DNA of 64,000 nucleotides from the sequence record ON528735; one strand, written 5' to 3'. Shown here piece after piece: positions 1 to 9,026 of this stretch. Numbering within the stretch: the first letter of the stretch is position 1; every line of letters begins with the position of its first letter. Both the position numbers and the translations under genes were made by a program. The notes under the pieces were generated by a model. That model was not told where the DNA came from. It ran no database searches and worked only from the letters and a program-made list of their open reading frames with translations. Origin of the DNA: Shigella phage ESh25.

Positions 1-136
1 TCATGCGTTTATGTAACTTGAGTATAATATAGCAAACTTCAAAACTATTTACATGAGTAACACGAACAGCATTACCATTAATGAGATAATACTGTCCCTT
101 TTTAATTTCTTTATCAACCACAACCATATCAAATCC
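1..136 (-). CDS. hypothetical early protein, N-terminal part (gene runs off window start)
   Basis: ATG at 136-134 with GAGGA Shine-Dalgarno 5 nt upstream; frame open to position 1; early promoter just upstream. Confidence 0.4.
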
Positions 137-157
137 TCAAAGGCAATTCATATGTTA

Positions 158-187
158 ATAATACCACGGTTTGAACTTGTTGTAAAC
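158..187 (-). promoter_or_regulatory. T4-type early promoter (-35 GTTTAC, -10 TATTAT, 18-nt spacer)
   Basis: GTTTAC at 187-182 and TATTAT at 163-158 on minus strand, A/T-rich upstream tract. Confidence 0.5.
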
Positions 188-285
188 AACTTTGTGAAAA
201 ATATTTTAGGGAATGACAAGAAGGGAACGATAGCTTAGAATGGTAATATACAGAATGCGAGAAAGAAAGGCCCAGAGGGCCCGTC

Positions 286-609
286 TTAATCTTCTATGAT
301 ATCTCTATCATATCCAAGTGAAATGAGAGTTTCTTTGAAGTGTTTAATGTTCTTTTGTCTAGAATCATTAATGAAAATGACAGGATACCGAATATTAAGA
401 GATGTGAATCCGGCGCGTTTGGCAAGAGATACAATCAGTGGACGATCATACTCAATCTTACCATTATTAGTAAGAACTTTATAAAAAGTAAAAGGAGCAT
501 TGAGCTCCTTTAGAAGTTTTGTAACTGATTGACATCCAGGACAACGACCTACTTCATCTGGAATTCCATAGACTTCAATCTTATTCTTTAAGTTCGAGTT
601 TTGTTCCAC
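286..609 (-). CDS. nrdH: glutaredoxin/NrdH-like redoxin (CPGC active site); start codon uncertain, possibly GTG at 609
   Basis: Thioredoxin-fold signature KIEVYG...CPGC; sits downstream of nrdG as in T4; N-terminal extension of the long ORF overlaps the upstream gene in another frame. Confidence 0.5.
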   Translation of the reverse strand: MEQNSNLKNKIEVYGIPDEVGRCPGCQSVTKLLKELNAPFTFYKVLTNNGKIEYDRPLIVSLAKRAGFTSLNIRYPVIFINDSRQKNIKHFKETLISLGYDRDIIED

Positions 610-892
610 GAGAAATAATTCCTTGGTAAGCCCAATAAGGAGGATTAACAGAATCCTCACCAGAGTTTTCTTCAGGAAAATAAACCTGGATAACGAAGCC
701 GGATTCATCAAAGGTAAAATAAACCGTAGGCAGTTCACCTAACAAATCGGCACGAGCGTTGATTTCTTCGAGGTCTTGTTCACGTCCAGTCCAGAAGCTT
801 GGGTTCAGACTACATTCATAGAAATAATAGTCATTACCGAACATATCAAAACCATTCCAACTCTCTACTACATACCGCTCAAAACTAATCAT
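581..892 (-). CDS. hypothetical protein (103 aa)
   Basis: Intact ORF with ATG start between nrdG and the redoxin gene; no recognisable motif. Confidence 0.55.
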   Translation of the reverse strand: MISFERYVVESWNGFDMFGNDYYFYECSLNPSFWTGREQDLEEINARADLLGELPTVYFTFDESGFVIQVYFPEENSGEDSVNPPYWAYQGIISRGTKLELKE

Positions 893-1226
893 AATTAATC
901 CTTTTTATCAAGAACCGCATTCAGCTTGTTAGTAATTTTATCCAGACGCTCATTGAACTCACTAGAAGATAAGCCCTTTTCTGGAGAAATTAAACTAATC
1001 ACGAAAAATATAGCAATAAAAGGAATAAGGAAAATAGCTCTCCAACTGCCATAAACAGAAAGAATGTTACAGTTGTAAGAAAATCAGCTAAACCTTTACG
1101 AAATTTATACATATTTACCCTTAATTAATTAACCAAGCATTGATAAGCACTAAACTATATTGCGAATAAAATTCTGGACCAAAATGAAAAATCATATCAT
1201 TTATAGTATCCATAATGTAATTCAAT

Positions 1227-1697
1227 TTAATCATGTGTCCACACCCCATCGGTATTTGACCAAAGTCGTTGATTATCTGATCCTCGCCACAGCTTTTTGG
1301 TCGGAAGATTTTTCTCATACTTCCCATCAATAATAACATCAACATATTTAAGCATTTCTAGTTGTTTAATATCTTCAAACTTATATCCTGTCCACAACCA
1401 AATGCTTTTATTGGGATAAAGATTTTTAATAGTTTGAACCACAGAGTGAATCACGTCTCTGTTATCAGGATAAAGAGGGTCACCTCCGGTTATAGTTAAT
1501 CCTTCTATATAATCATTATTCAAACATTCAATTAATTGTTCTAATGTTTCACCGGTGAATGGAATACCATTTCTAGCATTCCATGTTGATTTATTATAAC
1601 ACCCTTCGCATTTATGCAAACACCCCGTAACGAAAAGAACTGTCCTGCATCCAGGACCATTAACAAAGCAGCACGGGTATATTCTGTCATAATTCAT
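1227..1697 (-). CDS. nrdG: anaerobic ribonucleotide reductase activating protein (radical SAM)
   Basis: 156 aa, CxxxCxxC (CLHKCEGC) radical-SAM cluster motif; recalled near-identity to T4 NrdG. Confidence 0.95.
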   Translation of the reverse strand: MNYDRIYPCCFVNGPGCRTVLFVTGCLHKCEGCYNKSTWNARNGIPFTGETLEQLIECLNNDYIEGLTITGGDPLYPDNRDVIHSVVQTIKNLYPNKSIWLWTGYKFEDIKQLEMLKYVDVIIDGKYEKNLPTKKLWRGSDNQRLWSNTDGVWTHD

Positions 1698-2526
1698 TTA
1701 TATATTTCCAATTATAGCCTTCAACACTTTTACGTTCGCCATTTAAACATTTTAAAATATTTCCTTTGCTAGAAATATTAAAATATTTTGCTGCGTCTGG
1801 TATATAATTAAATGTTTTTAAAAGAACACCATCTTTATATGCGCCAAATAAATTAAGAGTATATTTTTCTCGAAGACGCTGATGTTTCCTTTTCATAACC
1901 TCAGGATTTGCATACGCCAACTTCAATGAATTTCTGTGTTTTTCTTTTACTTCAGGTTTTTGCATTGCTAACTTAGTTAGCCTGGAAATTTTATTTCTAA
2001 CTTCGTCAGTTTTCATTGCATTTGACAAATTTAATAAAGTTTTATTTCTAACTTCAGGTTTTTGCATTGCTAACTTAGTTAGTTCTCTATGTCTTTTTCT
2101 AAAATCGTCATCCTTCCATATATTTTTCGATAATTTTGACATAGAGCGGTGAAATAATTCCTTTTCACTGGAATACAATTTAAAAATTTCATCCAATTCA
2201 TCCGCATTAAATCTATCGGTATTCGAGTTTATCATTCTATGAAAGGCATAACACATTTTACTATTGCTTGTTTTAGCTAAATAGTAATGAGCTAACGCAT
2301 GGTCATAATATGACAAATTAACAATATTCCATTTATCTGTTTTATATTCAGGAAATATAGATTTGGGAAGCACGTGATGTGCTTCCGTTTTTCCTTTTAT
2401 TTTAGGATTATTATAATTTTTTGTTATCAAATCAACATATGACAATAGTAAATCATTATTTTCTTCAAATATTAAAGCTAATTTATCATTCACAAAATCG
2501 CAAGGATAAAATCTATCATAATTCAT
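1687..2526 (-). CDS. HNH-family homing endonuclease (Mob-like) inserted between nrdD and nrdG
   Basis: 279 aa; HNH-like motif EAHHVLPKS...N...DHALAHYY; repeated basic DNA-binding modules (LTKLAMQKPEV x2); first 13 codons copy the nrdG start. Confidence 0.85.
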   Translation of the reverse strand: MNYDRFYPCDFVNDKLALIFEENNDLLLSYVDLITKNYNNPKIKGKTEAHHVLPKSIFPEYKTDKWNIVNLSYYDHALAHYYLAKTSNSKMCYAFHRMINSNTDRFNADELDEIFKLYSSEKELFHRSMSKLSKNIWKDDDFRKRHRELTKLAMQKPEVRNKTLLNLSNAMKTDEVRNKISRLTKLAMQKPEVKEKHRNSLKLAYANPEVMKRKHQRLREKYTLNLFGAYKDGVLLKTFNYIPDAAKYFNISSKGNILKCLNGERKSVEGYNWKYINEL

Positions 2527-4340
2527 TGGTGTTTAACCCTATGCATGATTTCTTTATTTTTGCCAAGATTAAATCCGCGCTCGTTCGGATTTCCCAAATA
2601 ACCACATGTTCTTCTTATTGTGTTCATCTTTTTAGGATCAGTTTCTCCACAAATAGAACAAACAAATCCGTTTTCAGTAGGAGTCATTTCATGGGTACTT
2701 CCGCATGTAAAACACTTATCTACTGGCATATTAACACCAAAATAATCTAAATGCTGTGCAGCATAATCCCACACGGCCTCAAGACCTTTTAAGTTATTTT
2801 TCATATCAGGAAGTTCAACATAAGAAATGTGACCACCTGTCGCAATGAAATGATATGGCGCTTCACGAGAAATCTTTTCAAACGGAGTAATATTTTCTTC
2901 TACTGAAACATGGAAACTGTTAGTGTACCAGCCTTTATCAGTAACATCTTTTACGCTTCCATATTTTTCTGTATCGAGTTTACAGAAGCGATAACAAAGG
3001 TTTTCAGCAGGAGTCGAATATAAACTAAAAGCAAACCCAGTTCTTTCAGTCCACTGTTTAAGACGAGCATTCATTTTAGTTAAAATTTCTTGTCCAATAT
3101 CACGACCGACAAGAATATTCAATTCATGAATACCAATGTATCCTAAAGACACTGAACTTCTACCGTTTTTAAATAACTCAATTATGTCGTCATCAGGTTT
3201 AAGACGAACCCCGAATGCACCTTCTTGGTAAAGAATAGGAGCAACAGTCGCTTTAACTCCTTTTAAGGAACTAATTCTACACATCAAAGCTTCAAAACAT
3301 AAATCCATTCGTTCATTGAACAATTCGATAAATTTCTGTTCATTGAACTGTGTTCCAATATAAGAATCTAATGCGATACGAGGAAGATTCAGTGTTACAA
3401 CACCGAGATTATTACGTCCATCAAGAATTTCATTGCCAGTCGAATCTTTCCATACGCTCAAGAAACTACGACAACCCATTGGAGAAACAGGAATAGATGA
3501 GCCAGTGATAGCTTTATTGTTCTTAGCTGAAATAATATCAGGATACATTCTTTTGCTTGCGCACTCTAAAGCAAGTTGCTTAATGTCGTAATTCGGATCG
3601 TCTTTATAAAGATTAACGCCTTCTTCAACGAACATAACAAGCTTAGGGAAAATAGGAGTTATCCCATCACGACCAAGACCTTTAATACGATTTTTCAGAA
3701 TTGCTTTCTGAATCATTCGTTCAGTCCAGTCAGTTCCCGTACCAAATGTAATTGTTACAAAAGGCGTTTGTCCGTTTGAACTAAAGAGAGTGTTTACTTC
3801 ATATTCATAAGCTTGGAATGCATCGTATACATCTTTTTCTGTTTTAGATTGAGCATAATTTAACGCATCAGCGATTTGCCATTTTTCTGCATCCTCAATA
3901 TGTTTTGCATAGGTGCGTTTAACATAAGGAGAAAGTACTTTATCTACATTCGCAAAAGTCGTTCCGCCGTATTGGTGAGAAGCAACCTGTGCAGTAATTT
4001 GTGCCATAATTGCAGTAGCAACGCCAATTGATTTAGGAGTTTCAATCTGTGCATTACCAAGCTTAAATCCGTTCTCAAGCATTCCTTTTAAATCTACTAA
4101 ACAACAATTAGTAAATGGAAGAGCAGGGGAATAATCAATATCATGGAAATGAATAATTCCGCTTTCATGCGCTTTCATAATAAAAGACGGGACCATATTT
4201 TTGGCAATGTGTTTAGACACAATACCAGCCATAAGGTCCCGTTGAGTTGGAAAAACACGAGAATCTTTATTAGCATTCTCGTTTAAAAGGTCTTTATTAG
4301 TTTTATGAATCAATCCTTCAATTTCTTTTTCAATTGTCAT
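2523..4340 (-). CDS. nrdD: anaerobic ribonucleoside-triphosphate reductase (glycyl radical enzyme), continuous ORF without intron
   Basis: 605 aa uninterrupted ORF; C-terminal glycyl-radical region and Zn-ribbon cysteines; recalled near-identity to T4 NrdD. Confidence 0.95.
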   Translation of the reverse strand: MTIEKEIEGLIHKTNKDLLNENANKDSRVFPTQRDLMAGIVSKHIAKNMVPSFIMKAHESGIIHFHDIDYSPALPFTNCCLVDLKGMLENGFKLGNAQIETPKSIGVATAIMAQITAQVASHQYGGTTFANVDKVLSPYVKRTYAKHIEDAEKWQIADALNYAQSKTEKDVYDAFQAYEYEVNTLFSSNGQTPFVTITFGTGTDWTERMIQKAILKNRIKGLGRDGITPIFPKLVMFVEEGVNLYKDDPNYDIKQLALECASKRMYPDIISAKNNKAITGSSIPVSPMGCRSFLSVWKDSTGNEILDGRNNLGVVTLNLPRIALDSYIGTQFNEQKFIELFNERMDLCFEALMCRISSLKGVKATVAPILYQEGAFGVRLKPDDDIIELFKNGRSSVSLGYIGIHELNILVGRDIGQEILTKMNARLKQWTERTGFAFSLYSTPAENLCYRFCKLDTEKYGSVKDVTDKGWYTNSFHVSVEENITPFEKISREAPYHFIATGGHISYVELPDMKNNLKGLEAVWDYAAQHLDYFGVNMPVDKCFTCGSTHEMTPTENGFVCSICGETDPKKMNTIRRTCGYLGNPNERGFNLGKNKEIMHRVKHQ

Positions 4341-4810
4341 TTTAAACTCTTTCTAAGCTGCTTCTTAAATGAAGCTATTAATTGTGTTTTAGTGTCAGAT
4401 TCATTATATTCAAATCCTCTTTGAAGCATCTCAGCCATCATTTCCTCTTTTCCTAAACGAGAAAATTCCTTTGATTTATCTCCAACAAAGTTAGGGTGAA
4501 TATTATTTTGGGTGTAATCGGATTTTAAATAAGTAAGTAAATTTTCTAACCATTCAAGATAATCAACACCTTGCCCCTTTAAGCCAGAACGATTAAATTT
4601 ATGTTTCATTTGACCTTCTGCGGCATTGCAGAGATTACAAAGCAATCCACGTACCTTTCCTGCTTTTGGTCCATTTAATTCATGGTCATGGTCGAGGTGA
4701 TTAGCTTGAACATCAGGATTTAGTTCTCGTTGGCAAATTAAGCATTTACCGTTTTGTGCATCATAAAATTTCTGTTTTTCTTCTTTGTATAATTTGCCAG
4801 TCAATAGCAT
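4337..4810 (-). CDS. 49: endonuclease VII (Holliday junction resolvase)
   Basis: 157 aa, Zn-binding CLIC...CNLC and HLDHDHE motifs; recalled identity to T4 gp49. Confidence 0.95.
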   Translation of the reverse strand: MLLTGKLYKEEKQKFYDAQNGKCLICQRELNPDVQANHLDHDHELNGPKAGKVRGLLCNLCNAAEGQMKHKFNRSGLKGQGVDYLEWLENLLTYLKSDYTQNNIHPNFVGDKSKEFSRLGKEEMMAEMLQRGFEYNESDTKTQLIASFKKQLRKSLK

Positions 4811-4851
4811 AATAAACCCTTACCTTAAATAGATAAGGGTATTTATTATTT

Positions 4852-5337
4852 TCAAGTATTGTAAAACATTTGATTCAATCGCTTATATTGCCGAATCTTT
4901 TGGTCAGAAAAAGAAATTTGGGTTTCAAGCCATTCAATATATTCTGCCGCAGCTTGCATCAAATTTCCTTCATAGCCATCGTTATTTTCTTGTGCAGCTA
5001 ATTTAGCTAATGCGTATGAAATACGTTCACCTTGAAAATCAGCTTTAGGCTTCTGAACAACTTGATTAGTTCTATCTACAACTTCTTCAATTTCGCCATT
5101 TTCTACTGATTCAGTATTCCACAAGCACCAATACGTAATTGGCTTATCGTAGATGTTAATAATCTTTCCATCAGAAAGTTCAATTTCAATAATTCCAGTA
5201 TCAGGCTCTATATCATCTTCACATTCTTTTGCAAGTTCACGAACTTTAAAGACAGTACCTGCACTAAGTTCCGGCCAGTAATTACACAGCCCTTTATCAG
5301 CACGATTAATTCTAAACCACTTATCTACTGTAATCAT
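4852..5337 (-). CDS. pin: Pin, inhibitor of host Lon protease
   Basis: 161 aa from internal ATG (MITVDKW...); recalled near-identity to T4 Pin; early promoter upstream. Confidence 0.85.
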   Translation of the reverse strand: MITVDKWFRINRADKGLCNYWPELSAGTVFKVRELAKECEDDIEPDTGIIEIELSDGKIINIYDKPITYWCLWNTESVENGEIEEVVDRTNQVVQKPKADFQGERISYALAKLAAQENNDGYEGNLMQAAAEYIEWLETQISFSDQKIRQYKRLNQMFYNT

Positions 5338-5378
5338 GTCCCATCTCCATATCAATTATGTCATTTATTGTAGGTTCA

Positions 5379-5407
5379 TTATATACTGTTTCTTCATCAG
5401 TGTAAAC
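5379..5407 (-). promoter_or_regulatory. T4-type early promoter (-35 GTTTAC, -10 TATAAT)
   Basis: GTTTAC at 5407-5402, TATAAT at 5384-5379, 17-nt spacer, upstream of pin. Confidence 0.5.
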
Positions 5408-5460
5408 CGGTTCTTCCGGCTCTGGCTCTACTGTTCCCCATCTAGCCGCCCACCAAGGTT

Positions 5461-5781
5461 TTATAGCGTAATCCATTCTCGTATTGTCTGAGTTACTACA
5501 CGTTCACGGGGCTCGACTAGTTCAACAGTCGGAACTGCATAATACCAGTCAGAATGGTAAGAACCTGAGCGAGATTCATTTACAGACACATGTACGTTAT
5601 GTTTTGGACTAAAATAAACGCACTGCCGATATTGGCATTTGCCATCTTGTACCCAATCTTCTATTTCGACAGGTTTAAGATAATCCGAAAAATCGAAATC
5701 ATAATTTTCTGAAAATGCATCATGGTCTTCGATGATTTCGCTCAGAACTGCATCAACATCTAATTTATTTTCAATATTCAT
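5461..5781 (-). CDS. hypothetical protein (106 aa; 49.1 position)
   Basis: Intact ORF in conserved T4 gene order between nrdC and pin. Confidence 0.6.
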   Translation of the reverse strand: MNIENKLDVDAVLSEIIEDHDAFSENYDFDFSDYLKPVEIEDWVQDGKCQYRQCVYFSPKHNVHVSVNESRSGSYHSDWYYAVPTVELVEPRERVVTQTIREWITL

Positions 5782-5791
5782 TTTTCACCAA

Positions 5792-6001
5792 TTAATTTCG
5801 CAATTTATTAAGTTCTTCATCATCAATCCAGGATTCTAGTCCTGATGGCAGGTCACATTCAATTTCCCAAAGAAGTTCTTCAATTTTCTGAAGACGATCT
5901 AATTCTTCGGCTGGAATAGTAACCATTGACGGAGTTCTTGATACACTAATATCGTAAATCATATTTACCCCAGTTTGACCATGCAATCGCCATATTTCCA
6001 T
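5792..6001 (-). CDS. hypothetical protein (69 aa; 49.2 position)
   Basis: Intact ORF in compact early operon. Confidence 0.5.
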   Translation of the reverse strand: MEIWRLHGQTGVNMIYDISVSRTPSMVTIPAEELDRLQKIEELLWEIECDLPSGLESWIDDEELNKLRN

Positions 6002-6180
6002 TTAGAAATAGACTTTTCACCGTTAGAATAATAAACTTCGAGTTTAGCACGATTATTTTTAATTTGAATAACCTTTGCTGTCATCAAAGTTCCATACCCG
6101 TAATAAACTGCAACCTCATCACCTACATATACCGCGCTTCCGCGGTAGTCATGGATATAATCAGTTCCTTCGAGCATCAT
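5965..6180 (-). CDS. hypothetical protein (71 aa; 49.3 position)
   Basis: Intact ORF, start overlaps nrdC stop region. Confidence 0.5.
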   Translation of the reverse strand: MMLEGTDYIHDYRGSAVYVGDEVAVYYGYGTLMTAKVIQIKNNRAKLEVYYSNGEKSISKWKYGDCMVKLG

Positions 6181-6440
6181 TTAAAGTATTCCCGCAATTG
6201 GTCAAATCCACCAATATGACTTCCATCAGGAGCAAATACCTGGGGCATTGTTAAGCCGATTTGAGTATCACGACCTAGTTTAGTCAGAAGCTCAGCGATT
6301 TTCTCATCATCAAAAACACCTTTTTCCGGCATAATGTTGATAAATTCAAACGGCTGTTTCTTCACGGTCAAAAGACGTTTTGCATTATCGCAATACACGC
6401 ATTTATGAATGTTGCTATCATAACCATATACTTTAAACAT
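6177..6440 (-). CDS. nrdC: thioredoxin/glutaredoxin (hydrogen donor for ribonucleotide reductase)
   Basis: 87 aa, CVYC active site; recalled identity to T4 NrdC. Confidence 0.95.
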   Translation of the reverse strand: MFKVYGYDSNIHKCVYCDNAKRLLTVKKQPFEFINIMPEKGVFDDEKIAELLTKLGRDTQIGLTMPQVFAPDGSHIGGFDQLREYFK

Positions 6441-6441
6441 A

Positions 6442-6699
6442 TTATTCCTTAATTCCTAGTACTTGTTTAAAAGTCTCGTCGTAATCAAGACTTTGGCCCG
6501 TTTGTTCTTTATGTTTGTATATAATATCACTTACTTCTGATAGCATATTTTTATATGAACGAGTTAAAGCAGATTTAAGCACGCTGTATCTATCAGGAAA
6601 TTTACCATGTTCATTATAATAAGCTATTGCTAATTCACGGACTGCTTTTTCAGCAGCCTCCATATATTCTTTACGCTTGGTCATTTTCTTCTCGGTCAA
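6442..6699 (-). CDS. hypothetical protein (85 aa; nrdC.1 position)
   Basis: Intact ORF immediately upstream of nrdC. Confidence 0.6.
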   Translation of the reverse strand: MTEKKMTKRKEYMEAAEKAVRELAIAYYNEHGKFPDRYSVLKSALTRSYKNMLSEVSDIIYKHKEQTGQSLDYDETFKQVLGIKE

Positions 6700-6988
6700 A
6701 TCGGTGTTTACAATGGCGACATTTATAACGAAGATTACTAGTCTGCCAATGAACTAATTGTACCTGTTCAGTACCGCATTCAGGACATTTAGGAACGTTT
6801 TTAGAAGCCCTTTCGCGACGTTCAACCATAACCATAATGGCATCCCAAGCAGGAGGTTTAAAGTCTAAATCGTCACAACCATGAATCTTTCCACGCATTT
6901 CTAGATCGTCTTCTTCACCAGCCATAATAATTTTAATTAAACTGGAATTACTTGAAGCTGCAATGTCTTCTAATAGACGCTTTTTCAT
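6671..6988 (-). CDS. hypothetical Zn-ribbon protein (nrdC.2 position)
   Basis: CPECG...CRHC four-cysteine zinc ribbon near C-terminus. Confidence 0.55.
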   Translation of the reverse strand: MKKRLLEDIAASSNSSLIKIIMAGEEDDLEMRGKIHGCDDLDFKPPAWDAIMVMVERRERASKNVPKCPECGTEQVQLVHWQTSNLRYKCRHCKHRFDREENDQA

Positions 6989-7914
6989 TTCAATACCTCA
7001 ATAGCATTACGTAAACCATTTGCTTTTGCATTAAGAGCTTTTAACAATTTGGTGTGTTCGGCAATATGGGCTTCAACTTCAATCAAACGAGCATTGAGAT
7101 ATTCGCGTTCTTCGCTCAGATTATCAACCTTTTCTACTTTAGGCTCTTTTACAACTGTCTTATATGTATTAGGGTTCTTCAGTTTAATTAGAATGCGTGA
7201 ACTATATAACATTGAACCGTTATCTTCGGTTTCGTCATACATTTCTACTACGTCCATGATTTTTAACATCATGCGAAGTTTATAAGACAACGAACGAATA
7301 GTTTTGTTGTGCTTATTAATTTCTTTAGCTGTCATGGTGCCGAGATTACGTGAGTAATAATAAGGAACCTGGATATTAATTAATACTGATGAACCACCTG
7401 GCTTGTGTGTTACTTCATCAGCAATAACCCAGTCCTTAACGTGAACTGTATTTGTACGGTCATCGCCCGCGGTAAATAGTTTGCGAGCATGCTTAAAAAG
7501 CATATTCACTTGGTCATTGAATTGACAAGCAAATTTATCAGCAAATTTAGTTTCAGGAATGGTAGATAACCAATCAGCCAAATGGGTCTTTTTAACATCG
7601 TTAACAACAGTAAATTCAACCAAATCGGTTATAGATGTCTCAGATTTAATGAAGCTTGGCTTCATAAAGTTTTTAATGTTATCACGAGCTACAGTAGAAG
7701 ATAACATACGAGAACGTTTAAACCATTCAAGCAAATTACCTGACGAATGAGAATAAGCGTTTTGAGTATCTTTACAGATATGATTTTCCTGACCAACATA
7801 TTGAAGGAAATCACGAAGAATATTATTGATTACTGCTCTGTGTCCGATCTGATAATTACGGTGTTTAGTAATAAGACTGTCAAAATAATCAATATAATGT
7901 TTACGAGTTTTCAT
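6985..7914 (-). CDS. hypothetical protein (309 aa) with C-terminal coiled coil (nrdC.3 position)
   Basis: Long ORF; shares MKTR N-terminus and K[IY]MDVV motif with the 339-aa neighbour. Confidence 0.65.
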   Translation of the reverse strand: MKTRKHYIDYFDSLITKHRNYQIGHRAVINNILRDFLQYVGQENHICKDTQNAYSHSSGNLLEWFKRSRMLSSTVARDNIKNFMKPSFIKSETSITDLVEFTVVNDVKKTHLADWLSTIPETKFADKFACQFNDQVNMLFKHARKLFTAGDDRTNTVHVKDWVIADEVTHKPGGSSVLINIQVPYYYSRNLGTMTAKEINKHNKTIRSLSYKLRMMLKIMDVVEMYDETEDNGSMLYSSRILIKLKNPNTYKTVVKEPKVEKVDNLSEEREYLNARLIEVEAHIAEHTKLLKALNAKANGLRNAIEVLK

Positions 7915-7966
7915 GTTCTTCTCACTTGGTTAATGATTTATACTCCGAGCCATCCTTGGCTTTAAA

Positions 7967-8968
7967 TTACTTAATTAACTGTAAAGCTTGTTCAAGACGA
8001 TCAAGACGATTAACAGATTCTTCCCAAATCCTTTTAGCCTGCTCATATTCTTTCTGCGCTTTATTAGAAATTTCTAGAACTTCTTTATAAGCTTTTTCTA
8101 ATGCAATAACTTCTGGACGAATTTCTACCGGTTCAGGTGAATCGTCAAGATTATCCATTAGTTCCTCAAGGGTAGTTTCTTCTTTAGGAGTATTCACAAT
8201 TTCATCACATTTTTGCTGGTAAATTTCTTTATCAGTCGGTGAGCACGCACACTTTACTTCACGAAGGCTAATTATAATTTTATATCCTTCCCAACCACAC
8301 ATATTTTTGAAAGGATATGTATGAATACTTTTTACAGTTTCCATACAGCCCAAAACCGCCTCTAATTGATAAGTTATAGTGCTAGCAATTGAGAAAAATT
8401 TATTAATATTCTTTTGGTTAGCGTTTGGTGTAAAAAATCCATAATTCACAAAAATAGCTACTTTATTTTCATCAAGCTCATATTCTTTTACGATAATCAT
8501 ATCAGAAGCCAAAGGATGAATTTGACGATAATCGCCATAACATAATTTAGAAGCTGATTTTAGAATTTGTCCTTTGAAAAGTCTGAAATTACTAATCCAA
8601 CGACGAGTAAAAATATTCTTAGGGTCTTCTTTGGTATTAAGATGATAAGAATTAACATCACCGAACCAATTGTATCCTATTACACCTTTAGTTCGTTTAA
8701 TTTCTTTCCCAAAATTACCAAGAATATCCCGATTAACCAAATATGAAAGAAGACGAGACCCTTTAAAGATTATCTTAATATCATCTTTATCTACACGGCT
8801 AGAAATTTCACGAACTTCATGAATAAATTTACTGGAAGAAACAATACTTGCATCAATACTGCTGAGCCATTGATTGATAATAGAAAGAACAGCGTTCTGA
8901 CTAGACATGGGTTTAACTTTATCATCAATAACGCTATTGAATGATTTGATATATTCGTTACGAGTCAT
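7967..8968 (-). CDS. hypothetical protein (about 333 aa) with C-terminal coiled coil (nrdC.4 position)
   Basis: ATG at 8968 preceded by GAGGAG; the longer ORF start lies inside the promoter -10. Confidence 0.65.
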   Translation of the reverse strand: MTRNEYIKSFNSVIDDKVKPMSSQNAVLSIINQWLSSIDASIVSSSKFIHEVREISSRVDKDDIKIIFKGSRLLSYLVNRDILGNFGKEIKRTKGVIGYNWFGDVNSYHLNTKEDPKNIFTRRWISNFRLFKGQILKSASKLCYGDYRQIHPLASDMIIVKEYELDENKVAIFVNYGFFTPNANQKNINKFFSIASTITYQLEAVLGCMETVKSIHTYPFKNMCGWEGYKIIISLREVKCACSPTDKEIYQQKCDEIVNTPKEETTLEELMDNLDDSPEPVEIRPEVIALEKAYKEVLEISNKAQKEYEQAKRIWEESVNRLDRLEQALQLIK

Positions 8969-8996
8969 ATTAATCTCCTCAGTAGAAAGTAAGAAC

Positions 8997-9026
8997 ATTA
9001 TACCACATCCTTGTGGTAAAGTAAAC
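8997..9026 (-). promoter_or_regulatory. T4-type early promoter (-35 GTTTAC, -10 TATAAT)
   Basis: GTTTAC at 9026-9021, TATAAT at 9002-8997, 18-nt spacer. Confidence 0.55.

Noticed and set aside
53-238. 61-aa plus-strand ORF at the window start
   Set aside because: Antisense to a minus-strand gene start and early promoter; low-complexity A/T-rich translation.
1121-1345. 74-aa minus-strand ORF overlapping the 3' end of nrdG
   Set aside because: Out-of-frame overlap with a well-supported gene and no independent signal; a separate 37-codon hydrophobic mini-ORF at 999-1112 is possible but unsupported.
2523-4340. Possible group I intron with homing endonuclease inside nrdD, as in T4
   Set aside because: The nrdD reading frame is continuous for 605 codons with no insertion or frame break; the only endonuclease nearby is the freestanding HNH gene downstream.
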